IMG/VR virus record: IMGVR_UViG_3300031949_000117
Coordinates: 1-34,238 of that record
Source of the DNA: a virus
Lineage: Duplodnaviria > Caudoviricetes
DNA: 34,238 bases
Direction: 5' to 3' (one strand)
Part shown: positions 8,518 to 16,966 of the stretch, piece after piece
Numbering within the stretch: position 1 is the stretch's first letter
Layout: every line of letters begins with the position of its first letter
Program-made: the position numbers and the translations under genes
Notes under the pieces: model-generated
Told to the model about the DNA's origin: nothing
The model's input: the letters and a program-made list of their open reading frames with translations, nothing else
Database searches by the model: none

Positions 8518-8861
8518 CAGAACTCCTTCCCGTGCTTGTAAGGCCGCCCTGCATTAAACGCCATCTTCGCATCGAAGGCATCTCCGAGTCGAAGGTTATG
8601 CCCAACTGCATAATCCATCACTCGAATAATGAGGTCGGCTACTTCTTCCTCTTCTGCGGAGTAAGCAGGGAGATGACTGCTTGGTAGAGGGACGGTTGAC
8701 CGAACCGCCTCTAGGCGCTCAGCGATTTCACTGACCTCCAGCATCATCATCTCGGCCTTGTTGCGGCCTTCCGGCGGCCAGAATCCCTTCTCCTTCGCGT
8801 TCCGGTGGCAGCGGCGGGCGAGAATATCGAGGGGGTGGTCGGACTTGATTGAGTTGCTCAT
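8517..8861 (-). CDS. mazG: MazG-like nucleotide pyrophosphohydrolase
   Basis: EVSEIAE...EEEVAD acidic motifs and C-terminal KMAFNAGRPYKHGK. Confidence 0.85.
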   Translation of the reverse strand: MSNSIKSDHPLDILARRCHRNAKEKGFWPPEGRNKAEMMMLEVSEIAERLEAVRSTVPLPSSHLPAYSAEEEEVADLIIRVMDYAVGHNLRLGDAFDAKMAFNAGRPYKHGKEF

Positions 8862-10204
8862 GTTAACCCCTCCAGTTCTGGCTCTGCCTTCAACGCATCG
8901 AGCCTCTTCGCACAGAGCGCATACGCCGCCGGGTTATCTTCGAGTGCGGTCGCTTTGCACTTAAGCTCGTTCGCTGCGGGAAGTAGCGGGCCACTCCCAG
9001 CAAAGGGGTCAAGGACAGAGTCCCCTGGTCCAACAGAACGTCGTAATAGGTCGGTATATAGAGCAACTGGCTTCTGCGCGTTATGCCCGAGGTTTTCGTC
9101 GGCTGGGTAGGTAACGAGGTCTGGGTAGATCCGCGTGACGAGCTTCTTCCCTTTGTTCGCGTAGAGGATAAGCTCGTATTTCCTCTGCGGCCCTTGGTCG
9201 ACCCACGGGACTCTGTTCCCGTTCGGCTTGTGCCAGACAAGCGGCGTCCTGAACGGACTCCAACCAGCCGCTGCAAGTATCTGCTTGAGCTCTTCAAATC
9301 GGGTAATGTCACAGAAACAATAAAGATGAGCCTGAGGCTTGGTGATGCGGAAGCCTTCCTTCGCCAGCGTCGTGATGACCGAGAGCCAGTATTCATAGTT
9401 GTCCTTGTATTGGTGTGCGCCGGCTGTATGACCGCCGGAGTCGCCAAACTCATCTGCGTAGATTCCGTAGGGAGGATCAGTGCAGATTATGTCGAATTGT
9501 TCTGCAGGAGCCGCAACCATCCAGGCTAGTGAGTCCTCGTTCAGCACTCGGTGAGCAGTCTCCGCCGAGTAGGTCCGCCCGATCTCAGCAGCGAGCTGGA
9601 CTCTGCGCGCTGTATCTTCCTTCCGTCGAAGGATCTTGAAAGCCTCATCTACGTTCTTGGCTGCCTTGACCTCTGGATCACTAAGGTGCTGCGCGACGAT
9701 CAGTTGCCTTCTCGTAATCTCTTGATGAATACCCACTGCGGAGCCACGCCATTCCTCCGCAACCGCAGCGATCGAAGGAGTAGGCTCGCCGGCCGCAGCA
9801 GCCTGTTCCGTGCGAAGCTCGGCAAGCTGCTTGACAGCATCGGCCTCCTCCTGCCAAGTAAGATTCTCCCGGCGATAGTTCTCATCGAATTCTGCTTCCT
9901 TGAGGGCAAGGCCACTGAGCTCTCCTTTGTCTGTGTAGGGGATTTCGCCGGCGGGAACTAGCTGGTTGTCGTGGGTGAAGCTCCCGCCGAGGTCGTAGAT
10001 GTCTTTGATGGCGCGAAGTCGCCGCTCGCCAGAGACTAGGAACTTCTGGCGGCCGACAAGGGTGTGCTCCTCTCGAAGCACTATCGCATGGGACAGACCG
10101 ACTTTCTTGATAGAGTCGCCAAGCTCGTTCAAGGTAGCTAGATCGAACTCCCTTCGCTGGCGGTTCGAGGGGATGAGAATCTGATCAACAGGTATTGTTT
10201 TCAA
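8858..10204 (-). CDS. ParB-like N-terminal domain fused to N6-A/N4-C DNA methyltransferase (beta class)
   Basis: LGDSIKKVGL...LVSGERRLRA...EN..RENL (ParB); TDPPY catalytic motif precedes VLDPFAGSG SAM-binding motif; HNAQKP. Confidence 0.9.
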   Translation of the reverse strand: MKTIPVDQILIPSNRQRREFDLATLNELGDSIKKVGLSHAIVLREEHTLVGRQKFLVSGERRLRAIKDIYDLGGSFTHDNQLVPAGEIPYTDKGELSGLALKEAEFDENYRRENLTWQEEADAVKQLAELRTEQAAAAGEPTPSIAAVAEEWRGSAVGIHQEITRRQLIVAQHLSDPEVKAAKNVDEAFKILRRKEDTARRVQLAAEIGRTYSAETAHRVLNEDSLAWMVAAPAEQFDIICTDPPYGIYADEFGDSGGHTAGAHQYKDNYEYWLSVITTLAKEGFRITKPQAHLYCFCDITRFEELKQILAAAGWSPFRTPLVWHKPNGNRVPWVDQGPQRKYELILYANKGKKLVTRIYPDLVTYPADENLGHNAQKPVALYTDLLRRSVGPGDSVLDPFAGSGPLLPAANELKCKATALEDNPAAYALCAKRLDALKAEPELEGLT

Positions 10205-10437
10205 AGAACTCCTTTCACGTGCATCCAGTTAAACAGCCGGCGGACCCAGTAGCTCCTGACTACGCTAACTGCAGTAAAGATTACTGCAATCCAGAAGCTC
10301 TGGGAGAGTGTTGCAGGGAATCCAAAGAGGGGCAGGACTACCCAATTCGCAGCGATAGCTACAGCGAGGCCAACAAGAGTGCCGATACCGGCCTCTAAGA
10401 GACTGTGCCTTCGGAGCTGCACGAAGCTTCCCTTCAA
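10201..10437 (-). CDS. Small conserved-looking phage membrane protein
   Basis: QLRRHSLLEA..G, two TM segments, SVVRSYWVRRLFN; stop overlaps the methyltransferase start. Confidence 0.65.
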   Translation of the reverse strand: MKGSFVQLRRHSLLEAGIGTLVGLAVAIAANWVVLPLFGFPATLSQSFWIAVIFTAVSVVRSYWVRRLFNWMHVKGVL

Positions 10438-10462
10438 ACAGGACGCAGGGGCGCGTCCTCTT

Positions 10463-10489
10463 AAAAGGGGGCTCCCGGAGGAGCCGCCC
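10463..10489 (-). terminator. Probable intrinsic terminator after SSB-like gene
   Basis: Minus strand GGGCGGCTCC-TCCG-GGAGCCCCC followed by TTTT. Confidence 0.55.
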
Positions 10490-10497
10490 GAAGGGGA

Positions 10498-10998
10498 TTA
10501 CGTCCGGCGGAGAATGGTGCTGATGCGGTCTTGTGGCTCTCCATTATACATCTCGTGCTCGATCTTGACCTTCACCGCCTGGCCGGTGACCTTCCGCCAG
10601 TTCCAGACATCTCCGGACTTGTTGAGGTCGAGGGCCTCGCGGTAGAGGCGCTGCCGGCGGTTCCTGCCCGGCGCGTTGTCGATGGTCTTCTGAGGAGTCA
10701 GGTCGATGAAGACCCTGTCCGTGATGACCACGACAGGCTGCAGCTTCATGCTGTCCTGCAGCTGCTGCGGCACCTCTATCTGGTGCTGGACAGCCATTGA
10801 GAGCCACGGCTCGCCCTTCCGCGGGCCGTCTTTCTCGATGATGCCTGTGTCGGTGATCGGCTCCTTCATTATCGAGATGTAGGTGCCGTCGGGAGAGAAG
10901 GGATTCTCCGCGGGAAGCGGAGGCCGGCGCTCGTTGGTTTCGGAGACTTGTGCATCTAGAAACAGCTTAGGATCGAACCCGCTTGGTGCTTGACTCAT
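10498..10998 (-). CDS. Putative single-stranded DNA-binding protein (DUF669-like)
   Basis: AAGGAG RBS; PLP..GTY...W...GQAVKVKIEHEMYNGE pattern; follows the AAA ATPase as in phage recombination modules. Confidence 0.55.
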   Translation of the reverse strand: MSQAPSGFDPKLFLDAQVSETNERRPPLPAENPFSPDGTYISIMKEPITDTGIIEKDGPRKGEPWLSMAVQHQIEVPQQLQDSMKLQPVVVITDRVFIDLTPQKTIDNAPGRNRRQRLYREALDLNKSGDVWNWRKVTGQAVKVKIEHEMYNGEPQDRISTILRRT

Positions 10999-11062
10999 GA
11001 GTAGAACTCCTTAAAGTTGAATTGCCGCTGATGGCTGGGCCGGCGGCGTAGCCCTTTGATTT

Positions 11063-11094
11063 GGGCGTCTATTATGAAAGAATAATAGGCGTCT
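11063..11094. promoter_or_regulatory. 32-bp palindromic site, copy 1
   Basis: GGGCGTCTATTAT-GAAAGA-ATAATAGGCGTCT upstream of the SSB-like gene. Confidence 0.65.
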
Positions 11095-11968
11095 ACTTCC
11101 CACCCCGTGCCTTCCACAGATCAAGAATCTGTGCGAAGTTGGGATCAATCTTGCTCTTGTAACCGAGACTCCGGGTCTTGGTCACGACTCCGTATGCCGC
11201 AGTGTCCCAGTAGAAGCGGTCTCCTTCTCTCACAGTGTAGATCACGTCCGAGAACAGCGGAGGAATGTCCGGCTGTATTGCAGTTCCAACTGTCCTTACG
11301 GTTGTCTTGACCGCGCCGGAGACCTCATCCTTATCCCTTGCTGGGTGCGAAGTCATCACGAAGATACAGGGAGTCCCATGAGTGCAGAGCCGAAGAAAAT
11401 TCATCAGGTGGTTCTGCGCCACGCTGTAGTCGGGCGGAGCCATCGTGGGCTTCGAGCCCACCTGCATCTTCGCGGCCGCGTTGCTCAGCTCGGTGAAGCT
11501 ATCCAGCAGGAACGCGCGGCTCGTGTCAAAGTGATCTACCGGGCCGAACTTCTTTCCAGTTCTGTCATCTGGGAAGTCTGAACAGGCAGAGAGGATCTTC
11601 CAGAAATGGTTATTCTGTCCCCGGTTCGGGTCAACCATCTTGGTCAGGGTCTCGTAGCTGAAGTCCCCAGTGTCCTTCGCGGCCTTGAGCATCTGCACTA
11701 GGTTAATCGGCGGCGTAGTGATCTGATGCCAGCGAAGGCATTCAGGAATAGGGAGCTTCCTGTCTAGCCAGTAGCCGAGAAGAGTCTCCAGCGAGTTCTC
11801 GATGTCGAGATAGAAAGCTTCCTTTCCGTTCGCTTGGCACCAGTCTACGAGAGTGCCAAGGGCATAGGTCTTCCCGGTGCCGGATTCACCGTTCAGCAAG
11901 ACATTTGGGCCGGCGAGGAGGCGCTCAACTTGAACTGCTACTGAAGCCTCGCTCATACTCGTATCCAT
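11093..11968 (-). CDS. AAA ATPase (AAA_24/Sak4-like recombination protein)
   Basis: Walker A GESGTGKT, YLDIE, Walker B LLDSFTEL, VMTSH. Confidence 0.8.
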   Translation of the reverse strand: MDTSMSEASVAVQVERLLAGPNVLLNGESGTGKTYALGTLVDWCQANGKEAFYLDIENSLETLLGYWLDRKLPIPECLRWHQITTPPINLVQMLKAAKDTGDFSYETLTKMVDPNRGQNNHFWKILSACSDFPDDRTGKKFGPVDHFDTSRAFLLDSFTELSNAAAKMQVGSKPTMAPPDYSVAQNHLMNFLRLCTHGTPCIFVMTSHPARDKDEVSGAVKTTVRTVGTAIQPDIPPLFSDVIYTVREGDRFYWDTAAYGVVTKTRSLGYKSKIDPNFAQILDLWKARGGK

Positions 11969-12165
11969 TTAGTGCTCCAGTCTACGTTATCTTCGTCGTC
12001 TGGGTCTGTCTCTGACTCACAGACTAGATGCTCGAAGCACTTCTCTTTCTCATTCCAGCGCACGATTGACATCTCCTGATTCTCGATGCTCTGGAAGTCG
12101 TCTTCGTCTGCTTCCAGGTTTGATGCGGTCAGATCAAGTCCGCTTACTATTCTTAGGTAAACCAT
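11953..12165 (-). CDS. Hypothetical acidic protein
   Basis: AGGAG RBS; packed between neighbours. Confidence 0.55.
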   Translation of the reverse strand: MVYLRIVSGLDLTASNLEADEDDFQSIENQEMSIVRWNEKEKCFEHLVCESETDPDDEDNVDWSTKWIRV

Positions 12166-12166
12166 T

Positions 12167-12586
12167 TTATTCTCCTAACTGTTGTGAATGAATCCTGAAT
12201 TCTCGCCTTACTGCAGCTTCTGGTAGTAAAGGTAATAGTCCTTCGAGTCGTGCCCCTAGAAGGGAACCTGCAATTCTCCACTGATCATAATGCTTTTCGC
12301 AGGATACCTGCTCTACGTCTAGGGGCGTGCGCCTTCCCTGTGAGTCGGTGAATACCAGCCTTGCCCAAACTTCCCCGCAATGCCAGCAGTAGTAGGCTGC
12401 ACCAGTCCTGCGATAGCCAAGCTCTGGGTGGTCACCTGGGTCAAGTCGAAACTCTCCTAAGAACTCGCGATCAGCAAAGACCAGCACGTTATACCATTCA
12501 TGAAGGGTTCCATCAGAATCCACCCAGACGCTTTGCGTGCCAGGCGAGGATGAGGAGGAGGGTGAAAATGATAACAGTCCATTCAT
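12167..12586 (-). CDS. Hypothetical protein with putative Zn ligands
   Basis: YYCWHCGEVW and CEKH; ATGA overlap with the upstream gene. Confidence 0.6.
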   Translation of the reverse strand: MNGLLSFSPSSSSSPGTQSVWVDSDGTLHEWYNVLVFADREFLGEFRLDPGDHPELGYRRTGAAYYCWHCGEVWARLVFTDSQGRRTPLDVEQVSCEKHYDQWRIAGSLLGARLEGLLPLLPEAAVRREFRIHSQQLGE

Positions 12587-13449
12587 GCCATTTCACCGGA
12601 AGGGCCTTTCTTCTTCTCCGCAGGCGGGGCGGCAGAGAGCATGTGGTGATAGACAAACGCGCTTCGCCCTAAATGCCCGAGACCATGAAAGCGATTATTT
12701 GAGTAGTCGCTGTCGGCTTTATCGCCAGCATTTTCCATTTCAATCGTTGGCTCCCTCGGCACCCACTTCCACCCCTCCCGCTTCTCGCGCAGGGAGAGGG
12801 CGTAGGCGCGGAGAGCGACCGCATACTCCCTCAATAATTCGTAGCGATCATGGATGTTGTAGTCGCCTACATTCTTCGGATATTCTGGCATTCCTTCCCC
12901 GCTGTCGGGGGCCGCGCTCGACTGCGCCTTAGTGGTCACTTCGTCTACCGATGGGATCGCAGTTACGCCATCGGCCACCCTAGCGGGCGCGGCTTTCGGT
13001 TGGGCAAGGAGGGCGCGGATAAGATTCTCAGCTTGCGCTAAAATTTCATCCTGGATACGGTAGCGATCCGCATTTTCACTTGCATGATTGTAAGGGCCAC
13101 GAATTCTCGCCACACAATTCGCGCACTCCTCGATCACCCTCTCCCGCTCTGCGGCCAGCGCGGACTCGGCGGCTTCGGAGCGTTGCAGTATCAGCGTAGA
13201 TTCTTCGTCAGCGGCTTTACGCTTTGTCACTTCCAGGTCCAGCAGATCGGTTAGTTGGCGAGTCATGCTCAGTTCGGTTGCAAGCAGCATGTCAGTTGCT
13301 TCTGCCACTCTCACCAGCCGCTCGTTCTCGGTGCGGAGGGCGTCGTAATCGTTAGCAGCTATCCAGTCGTCCTTGTCATGGCAGCGAGTATAGTGATACC
13401 GCTGTGCTCTCGGCGTCTCCCCGCACACCGGGGCGGGCTTGGTGGTCAT
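12583..13449 (-). CDS. Mosaic accessory protein (Ead/Ea22-like)
   Basis: DYDALRTENERL coiled coil, ERERVIEECANC, WKWVPREPTIEM..A segments typical of phage accessory proteins. Confidence 0.6.
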   Translation of the reverse strand: MTTKPAPVCGETPRAQRYHYTRCHDKDDWIAANDYDALRTENERLVRVAEATDMLLATELSMTRQLTDLLDLEVTKRKAADEESTLILQRSEAAESALAAERERVIEECANCVARIRGPYNHASENADRYRIQDEILAQAENLIRALLAQPKAAPARVADGVTAIPSVDEVTTKAQSSAAPDSGEGMPEYPKNVGDYNIHDRYELLREYAVALRAYALSLREKREGWKWVPREPTIEMENAGDKADSDYSNNRFHGLGHLGRSAFVYHHMLSAAPPAEKKKGPSGEMA

Positions 13450-13452
13450 AGT

Positions 13453-13605
13453 TTATCTCCGTTCAGTGGTGAAGAATACACAGAACTCAAGCAGCGGCCC
13501 TTTAGTATAATAGCCACATACATAAGCAGAGCCGTCCTTTTTAACTCCGTGGATAATTTCTATGGGAGAGTAGACAACAGCCAGAAAAATCAGTGTAGCT
13601 ATCAC
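13453..13605 (-). CDS. Possible 50-aa AT-rich small protein
   Basis: GTG overlapping the nuclease stop (GTGA); MIATLIFLAVVYSPIEII...; fills the gap. Confidence 0.4.
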   Translation of the reverse strand: MIATLIFLAVVYSPIEIIHGVKKDGSAYVCGYYTKGPLLEFCVFFTTERR

Positions 13606-14507
13606 AGCGCCGTCTCTGTCCGTGTGACTGGGTCCCAGCGCCGGCGTTCGTAGAGCTGCTCTAGTATCTGCGTCGGGTCTTTGGCGAGGCAGACTGAGCG
13701 GAAGGGGCAGCCGCCATATTCGCTGCAGGCGTGATCGAGATTGTAGTCGAAGTAGCCCTCCTTCCAGTTCTCGATCATGCGCTGAATGTCGCGGAGTAGC
13801 TGCTTATACCAGCGTTCGATCTGCCAGTCAGGGCGGAAGGTGATGGCCTCCAGAGTGTCATACTTAGTCTTAAGAATAGAGACTCCGCGGATCAGGAATC
13901 CGTTGAGCTGCACTCCGTTTCGCGCGGCACCCCAGACGTAGCTGGTGAACTGGCTTCGCAAGTCCCACTGCCGCGGCCAGGACGCACCGAGCTGCGAGGT
14001 GGTCTTATCGTCCTCTCCAAGCTTCATGTTGTTCAGGTCAACCGCCATGTCCATGCGCCAGGAATACTGGAGGGGGTTGCCTGTTTCTGGGTGGAGGATG
14101 TCGAGCGCTTCTACTCCGCCGAACTCAATCGCGCGCTTGCCGGAGGGGAAGACCAGCGGAGTAGCCTTGTCTGTCCCGAGTGGATAGCGTTCGAAGTAGA
14201 ACTCTAGCGCGCCGGCGGTTCTGGAAGCCGACTTCGCGGAATCCTCTGGACACTGAAAGTTGCCGTAGTGTAGAAGGAGCGCCGTGAGGCCGAGAGCTAC
14301 TGCGTCGGCGGCCGCGCTGCCTTGCTCATAGAAGGCTCTCCGGGCCACCTCCAGTCCCTTCGCGTAAGAGGCGCCAGCGTGTAAGTGGGCGTTTGGCTCG
14401 CGGCCTTTCCAGTGCTGGAAGAATTCCAGATTAGCTTTCTGGCCACAACTGCGAAACGCAGCGATCAAGCTGGAGTCGATTACGTCGGGGAAGGGGGGGC
14501 GGGTCAT
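13602..14507 (-). CDS. PD-(D/E)XK exonuclease, Cas4/RecB-like
   Basis: N-terminal AFRSC, LHAG, RMD...EDDKTT catalytic motif, QFTSY, C-terminal C..YGGCPFRSVC (four Cys, likely Fe-S). Confidence 0.85.
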   Translation of the reverse strand: MTRPPFPDVIDSSLIAAFRSCGQKANLEFFQHWKGREPNAHLHAGASYAKGLEVARRAFYEQGSAAADAVALGLTALLLHYGNFQCPEDSAKSASRTAGALEFYFERYPLGTDKATPLVFPSGKRAIEFGGVEALDILHPETGNPLQYSWRMDMAVDLNNMKLGEDDKTTSQLGASWPRQWDLRSQFTSYVWGAARNGVQLNGFLIRGVSILKTKYDTLEAITFRPDWQIERWYKQLLRDIQRMIENWKEGYFDYNLDHACSEYGGCPFRSVCLAKDPTQILEQLYERRRWDPVTRTETAL

Positions 14508-14713
14508 ATATCTCCTAGTTCATCAAGCATTTCATCCGCAGATTTAATCACTGCTTTCGCCTTCGCCCTGCGAGAGCTGTCACTCGCAGAGGCTCCAGCT
14601 ACTCGGTCGGCCCGCATTAGAACTACCCCTTCGCGGGCTTCCTCTACTGTCAGCGTTCCTTCAACGGCCTTCTGCCGGAGGACGACGATTCGGTCGCGGA
14701 CTTCAGGAGACAT
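14504..14713 (-). CDS. Hypothetical protein
   Basis: Start and stop overlap both neighbours. Confidence 0.65.
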   Translation of the reverse strand: MSPEVRDRIVVLRQKAVEGTLTVEEAREGVVLMRADRVAGASASDSSRRAKAKAVIKSADEMLDELGDI

Positions 14714-14988
14714 CAGTAAGCACCTTTCTTCAGTCGGTATTCCAGCTCCTTTAGCGTCTCTTTCGTGGCGGAGATGTAGCAGCCTGTCGGGAACCCGTAG
14801 GGCTGTAGATCCAGCTGTCGGTGTTCAAAGAACTCCTGAATCCTCGCGGCGAAGAAGTCCTGGTAGGCTCCCTTTGGCACCCGGCCTTCCAAGGCGCTGA
14901 ATAGCAGTAGGTCCAGCCGCGCGCGGACGGACTCAGGGAGCTTGAGGGTGAGAGCGACCGGGCGATCGAGGTTGAGCTTACGGGGCAT
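14713..14988 (-). CDS. Ribbon-helix-helix-like DNA-binding protein
   Basis: PVALTLKLPESVRARLDLLL fits the RHH strand-helix pattern; ATG overlaps the upstream TAA. Confidence 0.5.
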   Translation of the reverse strand: MPRKLNLDRPVALTLKLPESVRARLDLLLFSALEGRVPKGAYQDFFAARIQEFFEHRQLDLQPYGFPTGCYISATKETLKELEYRLKKGAY

Positions 14989-15176
14989 TACTCCAGATCC
15001 TCCCACTCTCCTTCATCATTCACAAACTGGCAGTGAAGATCATCCACCACCAGCACCGACTCGATCAGCTTGCTGATCTCGTCTTCGACTTCGTTCTCGT
15101 CCTCCTCCGCTGCATTGCGGACGGAGACTTCGATCCAGTCGGCAGAGCCGTATCGGCGGACTCGGAATAGCGTCAT
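14988..15176 (-). CDS. Hypothetical acidic protein
   Basis: GAGG RBS, ATG 15176 (MTLFRVRRYG...). Confidence 0.6.
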   Translation of the reverse strand: MTLFRVRRYGSADWIEVSVRNAAEEDENEVEDEISKLIESVLVVDDLHCQFVNDEGEWEDLE

Positions 15177-15291
15177 GGTAGGTATTTCCTCTTTGATTTC
15201 TCTCGGGCGAGAAGGTAGACCCGCCAGGCGTAGTGGAGATCTATCCACCAAAGGCGCCAGCGGAAGCGCCAGGCTCTGAATGCTGTAGGGA

Positions 15292-15465
15292 TCATCCGCG
15301 TAGGCTCTTTCCATTAGCGCGAACGAAGCCGGCTGAGCGCATCTTATAGTCGGCAGCGCGGACGTAGGGCTTATAGGGGTAGACTCGGCGTGAGTCGGAG
15401 AGCTGAGTAACGAGGACTGTTCGCCGCTCGCCAGTCTTGGGGTTGAGATACTTGATACGATTCAT
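15292..15465 (-). CDS. Hypothetical basic protein
   Basis: ATG 15465 overlaps the upstream stop (MNRIKYLNPKTGERR...). Confidence 0.5.
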   Translation of the reverse strand: MNRIKYLNPKTGERRTVLVTQLSDSRRVYPYKPYVRAADYKMRSAGFVRANGKSLRG

Positions 15466-15869
15466 GAGACTGGCTCTTCTACTTGTGGTGCCGCGGCTAG
15501 TAGGGGCTCTCCGCAGTCCCACTCAACTATGTCCTCAGTGTGTGCGGGGATTACCTCCTCTGGAGTTATCCTTGCTGGGATAACTTGAGTGCCGACCTGC
15601 CTCTGTCCAACTATACGGCGCTGGCACACAGCAGTTCGATAGAACATGAAGGTGAGTTTGACCGGGCCGAACTCCCGGCTGAGGTAGAAATTGCTCTCCG
15701 TGTAGTCTTTCTTGCAGGGTGTCAGTGCCTTAAGGCAGGCTGCAGCTTCCTCCCTTGAATTCAGGCTGTAGCAGGTAAGAGTGCCTCCTGGTCTGGGCAT
15801 CTCCGGATTGGCTTCAATCCAGTCAGCAAGCTCTCTTAGTCCCGCTGCGTATTCTGCGCTTGTAGTCAT
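15462..15869 (-). CDS. Hypothetical protein
   Basis: GGAGG RBS, coupled start and stop; LRELADWIEANP, WDC motifs. Confidence 0.7.
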   Translation of the reverse strand: MTTSAEYAAGLRELADWIEANPEMPRPGGTLTCYSLNSREEAAACLKALTPCKKDYTESNFYLSREFGPVKLTFMFYRTAVCQRRIVGQRQVGTQVIPARITPEEVIPAHTEDIVEWDCGEPLLAAAPQVEEPVS

Positions 15870-16534
15870 GCTACTGCCCTCCTAGCCGCCGCCTTCGTAT
15901 CTATGCTGCACGCGGCCCAGATGTCCGTCCCGGCCGGGAGCTTCAGCAGCAACCCGCCGGAAGGCGTAGCCAGCTGCGTGTCGGCCAGTAACTCCGCCCT
16001 GACTATCGTGCTGATCTGCAAGCAGACCTTCAACCGCACGTCTGGCGCTTCCGCGAACATCTGATCGAGCAGGACGTGCAGCGTGATCTCTCGCTCTGCG
16101 TCCCAAAGGACTCCGCGGACTTTCCGTTCCAGTTCCGTCCCGATGAACCCTTCGACTTCCTCCTGCCCATCTATTACTATCGGCTGATGCTCATGAAGGA
16201 GCTTTCGGGTAGTCGGAAACTGCCGGTGGACGTATTCGCTGTAGTTGCCCAAGACAGTATGGGTCGCGTGGTCTATCAACATCAGGCCACGCGTTCGCTT
16301 CCAGTTGTCGGGATTGCTGTAGCACTCCCGCATACGCTTCGCGGCGGCCTCCAGTGCATCACGAAGCGCTGGGTCTGTCCGGCGCTGCGGCTTGCGAAGC
16401 TTCCGTTCTTGAAAGGCCTCGTTGAAGAGATCTTCCAGCGGGTCAGGTTCCGTCGGGGTAAAGATCTCTGCTTCTATTTCCTTAGACAGGGCGTCTAAGT
16501 CGTCATTGGTCGGTTCTTGCGGGGAGGAGGTCAT
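15866..16534 (-). CDS. Hypothetical protein
   Basis: 222-aa ORF coupled to neighbours. Confidence 0.7.
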   Translation of the reverse strand: MTSSPQEPTNDDLDALSKEIEAEIFTPTEPDPLEDLFNEAFQERKLRKPQRRTDPALRDALEAAAKRMRECYSNPDNWKRTRGLMLIDHATHTVLGNYSEYVHRQFPTTRKLLHEHQPIVIDGQEEVEGFIGTELERKVRGVLWDAEREITLHVLLDQMFAEAPDVRLKVCLQISTIVRAELLADTQLATPSGGLLLKLPAGTDIWAACSIDTKAAARRAVA

Positions 16535-16713
16535 ACTGCGCTTCTTACGAACCAGCCGTATCCTGGCCGCTGGATCAATCCCTCTTCGCTTACGTAGCTT
16601 CGCGCCGTGATCCAGTCAGGTGCGTCTATCTCTTCGAGGAGCCCCTTCTTTTCTTCCAGTGTTTCGGAAAGGAATACACGGCCTTGTTTGTTCTTCTGCA
16701 GGTAGTATTTCAT
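16531..16713 (-). CDS. Hypothetical protein, first gene of replication operon
   Basis: Leader AGGAGGCTCAGATG; promoter-like sequence upstream. Confidence 0.65.
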   Translation of the reverse strand: MKYYLQKNKQGRVFLSETLEEKKGLLEEIDAPDWITARSYVSEEGLIQRPGYGWFVRSAV

Positions 16714-16748
16714 CTGAGCCTCCTGTTGTTGCGGTCACTGAAAATCGT

Positions 16749-16788
16749 AACCGTCCATTATTATCCCATAAACGACGCCCAAATGCAA
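16749..16788 (-). promoter_or_regulatory. Sigma70-like promoter overlapping palindromic site copy 2
   Basis: Minus strand TTGCAT-N17-GATAAT (16788-16760); palindrome AACCGTCCATTAT-TATCCC-ATAAACGACGCCC at 16749-16780. Confidence 0.6.
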
Positions 16789-16829
16789 TAAAGGAATGAT
16801 GCCCGTAGATCAACTCTTTGCCTCGCAGT

Positions 16830-16865
16830 AAAAGCAAAGCCCCGGCTTTTGACCGAGGACTTTGC
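16830..16865 (-). terminator. Intrinsic terminator ending the tRNA transcript
   Basis: Minus strand GCAAAGTCCTCGGT-CAAAA-GCCGGGGCTTTGC then TTTT. Confidence 0.7.
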
Positions 16866-16966
16866 CGCCGTGGAGGAGGCTCAGAACCACGCCACGACTT
16901 GCCGGGGGCAGGGTTTTTATCCCTGTCGGCTGAAGCTCGCGTAGTCTGGCGAATCTGCGAGCCTGT
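16830..16966 (-). ncRNA. Candidate small regulatory RNA in tRNA 3' trailer with anti-RBS loop
   Basis: Three hairpins (16935-16962, 16901-16930, 16869-16891) plus terminator; third loop is UUCUGAGCCUCCU. Confidence 0.55.

Noticed and set aside
13602-14507. CRISPR-Cas system suggested by Cas4-like nuclease
   Set aside because: No repeat-spacer array or other cas genes; context is a phage recombination module.
3769-16854. GCTTTTGACC shared between 3769-3778 and the terminator at 16845-16854
   Set aside because: A single 10-bp match is plausible by chance in 34 kb and no functional link is evident.
16830-16966. Theta/HDV-like or hammerhead ribozyme after the tRNA
   Set aside because: I see serial hairpins, not the nested double pseudoknot, and no CUGANGA/GAAA core; a covariance-model search is needed to exclude fully.
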